Assembly: GCA_035499575.1 (NCBI GenBank)
Contig: DATJYN010000170.1
Span: 4,123 to 68,122 of the forward strand
From: Burkholderiales bacterium
Lineage (GTDB): Bacteria; Pseudomonadota; Gammaproteobacteria; Burkholderiales; SG8-39
DNA length: 64,000 nucleotides
Reading direction: 5' to 3'
The notes beneath the pieces were generated by a model, which worked only from the letters and a program-made list of their open reading frames with translations, ran no database searches and was not told the origin of the DNA. A program made the position numbers and the translations under genes. This document shows, piece by piece, positions 17,014-24,142 of this stretch (the first letter of the stretch is position 1; each line of letters begins with the position of its first letter).

Positions 17014-19052
17014 GAAAGACGGCTCCGCAACGCTTGCGTGATGTGCACGAGCGCTACGATCTGCATGACCCCGAGCATCCCCGGCTGCCAGGACGGATGG
17101 ATGTCGAGGAGCTCCGCCAACTCGGGCAGCAGGTGGTGCGCCGCCAGGGCGATGTCCTCTGCGCCAGTTTCCCCCTCGATGATCATTTCCGCCGAGCCAT
17201 CCGCGCCGTTCAGCGTCATGTCGACGCTCAGGCCGCAAATGCCGATGAGCACGCGCACGAGACTGTCGTAATACATGCCCTGCCGGCCGCGCACCACCAG
17301 CTTCAAAGGCATGTCGGCGCCGTTGTCCGCCAGCGCATCCGGACGAACCGGTTCAAGGGCCAGGACGAGGTCGGCATGGCCGACTTGCGGACGAATGTAG
17401 CGCTCCGCGTCCGGGGCGCGCTTCGCGAGAGCCGCGTCGACAGCTTCCTCGCTGTGCCCCCGGTGCTCGACATCCCGGCGCTTTTTCAGATGCTGGCGCA
17501 GCGGCTCGCTCATATCGAGGAATATCGCCACGTCGTAAAGTTCGCGCAACAACGGCAGGTACAGCGCGTGCAGTCCGCTGACCAGGATGAAATCGTTGCT
17601 CTCGAGCCTGGCCGGCGCGCCGATCCTGCCGGCCCCGTGATCGTAGCGCCGCGCCCTCACCGCCCGGCCGGTGACGAGCGACTGCAGGTCGTGCGCCAGG
17701 CTGGCGAGGTCGTTCGCGCGGGGGTTCAGGTGCGTCATGACTTGCCACATCGGCTTTTGGCGATCCCAGAGGTGATAGCTGTCGCCCGAGACCCGCACGA
17801 CCGAGTGCTCGCCGAACAATCCGGCAATGGCATCCACGAGCCTGTCCTTGCCCGACCCGGAATCGCCGGCGATGCCGACCACCAGCGGCCTCCTCGAGAG
17901 GCGGAAATACTCGTTGGCCTGAATGCCCTCGCGCAGCATGCGAGCGGCGATGACGATCCCGGCCGCAAGCAGCAGGGTTTCGTAGAGGGACAGAAAATGG
18001 CGGCCTAGTCCCATGAGGTCGGCTACCCGCACGCCTGCCGGCCATCCGACGACGCCGATCGCCGGAAGCGGCGCGATCAGCGCGGCCCCGCCGACGTAAA
18101 GCAGGCTGAACACCGCGACGAGGAACACGGCGATCTTGCCGCTTCCGGCCTGGTAGAGGACCACGAACGGCATGACCCAGACGAACCAGCCCGGCGCCGC
18201 AGGCGTCAGGATGAGCACCAGGAAGAAGGCGATTCCCAACAATACGAGCAGCAGGTCGAAGCTCATCCGGCGCATGCGCCAGGCCGCGAACACCGTCAGT
18301 AGATAGACGAGCGGCAGCAGGTAGATCCTCAATTCGCCCATCGGGATCCAGGATGCATAGACCTTCGCGAGCTCTGGATTGCTGAACAGCATCTGCTGTC
18401 CCCCCGGCGATAGCAGGAACGGCCCGAGAAGAACGGCCGCGGCGGCGCCAAGGGCGACGACGAACGGAACGAAGTGGGCCCGCAGCCGCCGGTTGTTGAA
18501 CAGGTAGATGGCGAGAAACGGCGTCGCGAGAACCATGCTGAGCTTGGCCGAGACCGCGACCGCGGCGAATGCTCCAGCGAACCGGGCACGGCCCTCGTGC
18601 AGGAAAACCAGCGCGAGGATGAGGATCAGGACGGGGATGAGATCGTTCAGGCCGAGCCAGTACGTGGCGAACAGCGTGATCGGCGACAACCAGTAAAGAG
18701 CGAGCAGCGCTTGGTCGCCGACCGCAGAGAGGCGTCGCAACGCCGCGAGCATCAGGACGTCGACCGCGAGGAGCGCGCTCGCGTAGCCGAGGCCGCTGGA
18801 GAGTCCGGCCAGCGACGCCAATGCCGAGAACGGCAGCAGGATCATCCACATCGAATAGCCGTAGGGGAACGCCAGCGGGTTGCCGCCGTCTTTCAGAAAA
18901 GACGTCCAAGGGTCCAGGCTGGGCGCGGCAAGCGAATGGCCGAGAAACGGCGCATACCACTCGGCTGTCGCGTACGGCGTCACGAACGCCAGCAACGCGA
19001 GCCTGATCCCGAGCCCGACAAGGAAAAGCGGATTGGCGTAGAGCCGCTTCAC
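17010..19052 (-). CDS. fusion protein: polytopic membrane domain (GT-C/GT87-like?) + uridine kinase/phosphoribulokinase-family P-loop kinase + C-terminal domain of unknown function
   Basis: About 370 aa holding roughly 9-11 hydrophobic helices, then the P-loop VVGIAGDSGSGKD and a PRK-family-like core (VSGDSYHLWDR, FILVSGLHALY), then ~120 aa with no recognisable motif. I prefer the GTG at 19052 (GTGA overlap) to the GTG at 19061. Confidence 0.7.
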   Translation of the reverse strand: MKRLYANPLFLVGLGIRLALLAFVTPYATAEWYAPFLGHSLAAPSLDPWTSFLKDGGNPLAFPYGYSMWMILLPFSALASLAGLSSGLGYASALLAVDVLMLAALRRLSAVGDQALLALYWLSPITLFATYWLGLNDLIPVLILILALVFLHEGRARFAGAFAAVAVSAKLSMVLATPFLAIYLFNNRRLRAHFVPFVVALGAAAAVLLGPFLLSPGGQQMLFSNPELAKVYASWIPMGELRIYLLPLVYLLTVFAAWRMRRMSFDLLLVLLGIAFFLVLILTPAAPGWFVWVMPFVVLYQAGSGKIAVFLVAVFSLLYVGGAALIAPLPAIGVVGWPAGVRVADLMGLGRHFLSLYETLLLAAGIVIAARMLREGIQANEYFRLSRRPLVVGIAGDSGSGKDRLVDAIAGLFGEHSVVRVSGDSYHLWDRQKPMWQVMTHLNPRANDLASLAHDLQSLVTGRAVRARRYDHGAGRIGAPARLESNDFILVSGLHALYLPLLRELYDVAIFLDMSEPLRQHLKKRRDVEHRGHSEEAVDAALAKRAPDAERYIRPQVGHADLVLALEPVRPDALADNGADMPLKLVVRGRQGMYYDSLVRVLIGICGLSVDMTLNGADGSAEMIIEGETGAEDIALAAHHLLPELAELLDIHPSWQPGMLGVMQIVALVHITQALRSRLS

Positions 19053-19639
19053 GCCGCCCACAGTTCAGGACGCTTCGTGCACACCGCCTCGGCCTCGATG
19101 CCATCGGCCGCGAGGCGGGCCCTGAGTGCGGGAATCTCCGTTTCCGGCGGGCGTCCCTGGAGTTCCGGCGAAACGAGGCAAAGCCGGAAATGCGCAGCGC
19201 GCAATTTCGCAGCGTCGGATGCGGTCAGCGGGAAGCGCGTGAAGCAGTCTACCCACACCCAGTCGATCATGCCCGCGAGCGAGAGCGCGGTGCCGATATG
19301 CTCGAACTCCGACAATCTGACGGCGCAGCGCCGCTCGCCGGAGCGCGCGGTCTTCAGAAGGAACGGGAAGGACTGGTCCAGGAAAAAGAAGTCCGCGATG
19401 CCGCGTTCGGCGGTCAACCGGAGCAACGCATTCTCCAGGCCTTCTTCCTTGACGTTCAGGATCAGGGTGCCGTGGCGGTAGTGGTCGAGCCAGGCGACGA
19501 AGTCTTCCCCCTCGCCGAACGCATCGTGATGGATGACCAGCCGGCCGGCCTGGCTGCGCACGTCCACCTCGACGCCCAATTCCCTCGGCGTCGCCGCAAG
19601 TTCGGCGATGGTGTTGCGTCGGTGAGCGATCAGCTTCAA
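19049..19639 (-). CDS. glycerophosphodiester phosphodiesterase (GDPD)-like TIM-barrel protein
   Basis: 196 aa with a TTG start in a TTGA overlap. GDPD-like N-terminal pattern IAHRRN...GVEVDVRSQAGRLVIHHD. It is short for a full GDPD. Confidence 0.6.
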   Translation of the reverse strand: MKLIAHRRNTIAELAATPRELGVEVDVRSQAGRLVIHHDAFGEGEDFVAWLDHYRHGTLILNVKEEGLENALLRLTAERGIADFFFLDQSFPFLLKTARSGERRCAVRLSEFEHIGTALSLAGMIDWVWVDCFTRFPLTASDAAKLRAAHFRLCLVSPELQGRPPETEIPALRARLAADGIEAEAVCTKRPELWAA

Positions 19640-20334
19640 GGTTTGTCCGTCTTTCTCAGGCGCAGGCTGAATTCAACCGTGCGCCGGATGAATTTTCGCT
19701 TGGCCGCCCAGTTTACGTTCCAGCTGGAAATTCCCTGCATGCGCGTGCCGAATCGGACGGGAAACCTGTGCACGGCCAGGCCGGCGCGGCGCGCCTGGTA
19801 ATAGGCATAGAGGTCCAGCGAAAAATCTTCGGGTGGATCTTCCCAGGTGTCGAAGAATGCCCGGCTGAACAGGGTCGGCTGCGCATTGATGTCCCACATC
19901 GGCTGCCCGAGCAAGGCAGTCTCGAACAGGCTCATCCCGACCGTGAACATGACATCTGACCATGGCCGGCCGAACCGCCTTCCCTTCACGAAGCACCCCG
20001 GCCCGTGCTTCTCGTACAGTGCCAGGCCGGCGGCCGCGTCCATCGGATCGGTCTGCAGGTCCGCGTGGCTCCAGCCGATGATGTCGCCAGTCGCCGCACG
20101 CAGGCCCGTCAGGATTCCGAATCCATATCCCCGGTTCCTCTCGACGCGCACGCTCCTGCACCCCGGGTGCGCAGGCAACAAGGCCCGCAGCACGCCGGAA
20201 CTGCCGTCGCTGGATCCGTTGTCGACCAGGATCACCTCGATTTGCGGCCGGCTCGCCAGCTCGCCGCAACGCCGCAACAGCAGCGGCAGGTTCGCTTCTT
20301 CATTGAAACAGGGAATGACGAGCGAAAGACGCAT
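19636..20334 (-). CDS. GT2 polyprenyl-phosphate glycosyltransferase (GtrB/ArnC/DPM1-like)
   Basis: 232 aa. LVIPCFNEE, VDNGSSDGS and SHADLQTDP motifs typical of GT-A family 2 enzymes. It lies next to a GtrA gene. Confidence 0.85.
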   Translation of the reverse strand: MRLSLVIPCFNEEANLPLLLRRCGELASRPQIEVILVDNGSSDGSSGVLRALLPAHPGCRSVRVERNRGYGFGILTGLRAATGDIIGWSHADLQTDPMDAAAGLALYEKHGPGCFVKGRRFGRPWSDVMFTVGMSLFETALLGQPMWDINAQPTLFSRAFFDTWEDPPEDFSLDLYAYYQARRAGLAVHRFPVRFGTRMQGISSWNVNWAAKRKFIRRTVEFSLRLRKTDKP

Positions 20335-20337
20335 CGC

Positions 20338-20727
20338 CTAGGTTCCGGTCCGGAACACGAGGAACTTCATGCCGACGAAGTTGGCCGCGGCCGACAGCCC
20401 CGTGGCGATGATGAACGCCAGGTGGATGGCGATTCGCGAGGCCGGCAGGAGCTCAAGGACGATCCTGTTCGCGGCCACGTTCAGAACGAGCGTGCCTGCA
20501 TAAAGCAGGAGGAAACCCGCGAAACGCCTCAGCCCGCCAGCTGCCGAAAACGTATAGCTCCGGTTCGCAAACCAGGCAAAGACGGTTCCCACGACGAAGC
20601 TCGTTCCCTTCGCAGGATCGGTCGCGAATCCGCCCCACAGCAAGGCGTGGTAACAGAGGAAGTCGATTGCGGCAGTGCACCCGCCGACCACCAGGAAGCG
20701 GCCGATCTCGCCGAGCGTTCTACGCAT
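20338..20727 (-). CDS. GtrA-family membrane protein (putative polyprenyl-phosphate-sugar translocation)
   Basis: The internal ATG at 20727 gives a 129-aa, 4-TM protein: MRRTLGEIGRFLVVGGCTAAIDFLCYHAL...NFVGMKFLVFR, a typical GtrA layout. Confidence 0.8.
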   Translation of the reverse strand: MRRTLGEIGRFLVVGGCTAAIDFLCYHALLWGGFATDPAKGTSFVVGTVFAWFANRSYTFSAAGGLRRFAGFLLLYAGTLVLNVAANRIVLELLPASRIAIHLAFIIATGLSAAANFVGMKFLVFRTGT

Positions 20728-22402
20728 CGAGGATCGGCCGCCTCGCCGTGACGGGCCCGTAGGCAAGATCGAGATCGCGCACAGCCTCGCGCGGAACATG
20801 CGGGTCGTTCTCCAGGCGATATGGATGACCGCGCCACTTGTGGAAGCAGGATTGCCAGTACTCAAACGTGCGCAGTTCGTCCGGCGTACCCCAGCAAAGC
20901 CAGTTGTCGACGTCGAATACCCGCACCCTAAGCCCGAGCAGCAGCGCGTCCTCCACGCAACTGTCCAGGTAGAACTCGCCGTTCACGCGCGCGCCTCGCT
21001 CGATGCAGTGGCGGACTGCGCGCTCGAAATCGCCGGCCCGCCTGAACGTGAAGGTGCCGATGATCACCGGGCTGGACGCGGGATCGGCCGGGGCGACCTT
21101 TACCGACACGCCGCGCACCTCCGTTCCTTCCATGATCAACCAGCCGTACATGCTGGGATTGCGAACCGCGTTCGGATATCCGCGGGCCGTCCAAACGAGC
21201 AGGTCGGCGTCCGCATCCTCGATCAGCGCGCGCAAGGCTTCGCGCCGGTATAGTGCGCCGCTGTCGCAGGCAGCGACCGTGAGAGGTTCGTCGGCACGCA
21301 CATCGCTGCCGGCCTCCCCATAGCCGATCAGGGCGCTGCGCGCCTGGCCGTCGGTATTCTCCGCGAGCGTGACCCACCGGGAATTCGGCAACGCCTCGTT
21401 GACGGCGCGCGCGAGGGATTCGCAACCGCTCATGATGTCGCGCACCACGAAAACATGGCGGTCGCTCTCGGGTAGGTCGGAGACCGCCTGCAAGACCATG
21501 GGCCTGCCGGAGACCGGGATGAGCGGCTTCGCGGTCGCGTAACCCTCCCGCGCAAAGCGCTCCCCGAGTCCGGCCATCGGCACCAGCGTGCATCCCCGAT
21601 TCGCCAGGCGCCCTGCGTACGCCGGGTCGACGAGGCGGCGAAACGCGCCGGACCACATTCGGTACTCGGCGACATCTTCCGGAGTTCCCCACTGCATGAA
21701 ATGCTGAAGTTCGTATACGGCGACCCGCGCGCCTTCGGCGAGCAGGGGCTGGTAGGCGAGGCTCACGTAGAGCTCGCCGCCGACTAGCAGGCCCTGCTCC
21801 CGGCACGCCACGAAGGCGCGTTGCATGAGCGCCGCATCCGCAAAGTAGTAGGTCCCGCTCGAGGCGTATTCCTGCAGCCGGTTCGAAGTGAACGGCTGCT
21901 TTTCGCGGATATCTTCGACCCATCCCCCAGTTTCGCGCAGGTATGCATAGTTGGTGGTGCCGAGGGAGTGGGGGTGAAAACCGCGGTAGGCCGGGATCGC
22001 GCCGGCGCAGCGCGTCTCCGCCACGAAACTCCTGAAGTCGCTCCAGTCCCAGTAGCAGCAGAAATCGCAATAGTTGACGACGACGGGCCGCGCCGGATCG
22101 AGCCTGTCCGCGACCTGCAGCACGGCATGCACGGGGCCGAGCTTGTGCGGCGGAATTCCGGCGACACGCCCCTCGGGACACCATTTCGCCAGCGTTTCGC
22201 GCATCCGATAAGCGGGCTCGTCGAGATGCGCCTGATTGCAGATGAAGAGAAAATCCGCTTCGCCCGGAAACATGCCGACCACATGCGCGATGACGGGCTT
22301 GCCGTCGATCTCCACCAGGGGCTTCGGGACGGCGTAGCCGGCGCGCCTGAAGCGCTCTCCGAAACCGGACATCGGAATCACGATCTGCGGTCTCGATGTC
22401 AT
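20720..22402 (-). CDS. tandem (duplicated) sugar-phosphate nucleotidyltransferase-like protein
   Basis: Two NTP-transferase N-terminal signatures: IVIPMSGFGERFRRAGYAVPKPL at the N-terminus and TLVPMAGLGERFAREGYATAKPL about 290 aa later. I chose the ATG at 22402. The ORF track extends to a TTG at 22453. Confidence 0.75.
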   Translation of the reverse strand: MTSRPQIVIPMSGFGERFRRAGYAVPKPLVEIDGKPVIAHVVGMFPGEADFLFICNQAHLDEPAYRMRETLAKWCPEGRVAGIPPHKLGPVHAVLQVADRLDPARPVVVNYCDFCCYWDWSDFRSFVAETRCAGAIPAYRGFHPHSLGTTNYAYLRETGGWVEDIREKQPFTSNRLQEYASSGTYYFADAALMQRAFVACREQGLLVGGELYVSLAYQPLLAEGARVAVYELQHFMQWGTPEDVAEYRMWSGAFRRLVDPAYAGRLANRGCTLVPMAGLGERFAREGYATAKPLIPVSGRPMVLQAVSDLPESDRHVFVVRDIMSGCESLARAVNEALPNSRWVTLAENTDGQARSALIGYGEAGSDVRADEPLTVAACDSGALYRREALRALIEDADADLLVWTARGYPNAVRNPSMYGWLIMEGTEVRGVSVKVAPADPASSPVIIGTFTFRRAGDFERAVRHCIERGARVNGEFYLDSCVEDALLLGLRVRVFDVDNWLCWGTPDELRTFEYWQSCFHKWRGHPYRLENDPHVPREAVRDLDLAYGPVTARRPILDA

Positions 22403-22414
22403 ATCATCGCCTGG

Positions 22415-24139
22415 ATGCCATCGCACCGGACTGCCGGTAATGTTCTCTGGCAATCGCTTGCTTTTATCATTGTCTGCGCCTTTTTCCTAGCCGCAGTGCG
22501 CGCGAATCTCGACCTGACCGACGGACGGTTCGCGCTCTTCATGGATGAACGGATCACGTTCGACGGCGTGCGGCGCGTCCTGCATCCGAAGGACTTCGAC
22601 TCGCTGCTGTGGGCGATCGCGGACGGCGGCGACCAGCGCTACGGGCGCATCCTGTGGAACGCCACCGCCCTGGCCTCGTTCCTGCCGGAAATGCTGTGGG
22701 GCGCGGCGGGACAAATCATCGCGAGCAGGATGCTGGAGACCTTCGTCCTGCTCGCCGCGTTCCTGGTATTCGCCTTCGGGCTCGTCAGGAGCTGGCCCCT
22801 GCGATTGGCGCTGCTCGCATCCCTGCTGGCGATGCCTTACACGGACTACTACATGACGATGCCGAAACCGGAGCCGCTGCAACTGCTGTTCCTGGCGATC
22901 TTCAGCGTCTGCCATCTCAGGCGCAATTCCAGGTTCGGCAGCCACTGGCTATTCCTCGGGCTCGCCTTCGGGGCGAAAATCTCCGCGTTGCCGGCCATCC
23001 TTGTATTCGGAGCCGCCTCCTTCCTTGCCGCATGCAGGGACCGCAGCTACTTGGAAGCGTTCGAGCAGTCATTGGCGGCGATGCTGTACTTGCTGGCCGG
23101 CTTCACCATCGCCGTGCCGATTTTCTTGGAGTCATTCGTGCTGGCGGCCACCGGCTACGTCCTGCTGGTCATCGCAAGAACGGGATTCCGCCTGGGCGTC
23201 GTTACCCAGGTTTCCATGGTGACGCTCGGACTGGTCTACATTTTCATGGAGCATCAGGAAGCATTCGAGGTTTGGGTTTCGCAGACGGTCTTGAACACGG
23301 CGCACGGTGCGGACCGGGCCAGCGTCAACGCCTGGAGCTGGGCGTATTATTTCTTTCAGGACTGGCTGGCGGCGCCGGCCGGCGTGGGCGCCGCCGCGTT
23401 CGGACTGGCCGCCGCTTTCGTCGCCATTAACACCGCGGATCTCTGGAGGCGGGACGCCGAGGCTTCCTCGCAGAAGGCGCTTGGCCTCGCGCTGGTCGCG
23501 GCAGGCGCGGCATGGAATCTGGCCATTTTTCTTGCGGCCCACCGGCTGTGGGGACTCTACTTGTTTCCCGGCAGCGCCCTCGCGCTCGCCGGCCTGCTGA
23601 CGCTCGCCGATGCTTCGATAAACCAGCCGGGCGGCAGGATCCGGGCGATCGCCGGCTACGGCGTCGCCGTCGGGGCGATCTCCCTCGCCGCCGCCTATTG
23701 GGCCCCGAAGGCGTTCGCGAATCTCGATGCGCTCGCCGGCAGGACGCGAAGCAACGAATACCGCACGCAACGCGCGTCCTACGCGGCCATCGTTGATTTT
23801 CTGGAACGGCACCCCGCGCCGGGCGGCAGGCGATTGCAGGTGGCTTACGACCCGGCCTTGTTCAACCCGTCAACCAATAGCCGCTACCGGATCTGGGAGT
23901 TCTCCGGACCCTATACGAGGTGGAACGAGTCGCCGGACGTGATCGTTTTCGGCACCAAGCACACCGCGGCAGGCGAGCCCGTTCCCGCCGACTCTCCCCA
24001 GTACCAGGACTACCTGGCGGAAAGGGAAGGCTACGCAAAGTTCGTCGTTGGCGAAGCGGATCCGTGTCCCAAGCCGAGATGTTTCCGGCGGGAGCTGACG
24101 CTGCCTTCGGGCGGCGAGCTTCTGGTGCTGGACAAGTAG
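22415..24139 (+). CDS. polytopic membrane protein, GT-C-like glycosyltransferase candidate with a C-terminal soluble domain
   Basis: The ATG at 22415 is the first start that does not overlap the divergent gene. After TM1 (LAFIIVCAFFLAAV) comes an acidic loop FMDERITFDG. There are more than 10 hydrophobic helices, then a ~170-aa soluble tail. Confidence 0.6.
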   Translation: MPSHRTAGNVLWQSLAFIIVCAFFLAAVRANLDLTDGRFALFMDERITFDGVRRVLHPKDFDSLLWAIADGGDQRYGRILWNATALASFLPEMLWGAAGQIIASRMLETFVLLAAFLVFAFGLVRSWPLRLALLASLLAMPYTDYYMTMPKPEPLQLLFLAIFSVCHLRRNSRFGSHWLFLGLAFGAKISALPAILVFGAASFLAACRDRSYLEAFEQSLAAMLYLLAGFTIAVPIFLESFVLAATGYVLLVIARTGFRLGVVTQVSMVTLGLVYIFMEHQEAFEVWVSQTVLNTAHGADRASVNAWSWAYYFFQDWLAAPAGVGAAAFGLAAAFVAINTADLWRRDAEASSQKALGLALVAAGAAWNLAIFLAAHRLWGLYLFPGSALALAGLLTLADASINQPGGRIRAIAGYGVAVGAISLAAAYWAPKAFANLDALAGRTRSNEYRTQRASYAAIVDFLERHPAPGGRRLQVAYDPALFNPSTNSRYRIWEFSGPYTRWNESPDVIVFGTKHTAAGEPVPADSPQYQDYLAEREGYAKFVVGEADPCPKPRCFRRELTLPSGGELLVLDK

Positions 24140-24142
24140 GGC

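Noticed and set aside
21821-22414. The N-terminal ~200 aa of the 772-aa plus-strand ORF, which would overlap the nucleotidyltransferase gene.
   Set aside because: This part is Arg/His-rich, non-hydrophobic and antisense to a well-supported gene. The membrane protein plausibly begins at the ATG at 22415, just before its first TM helix.
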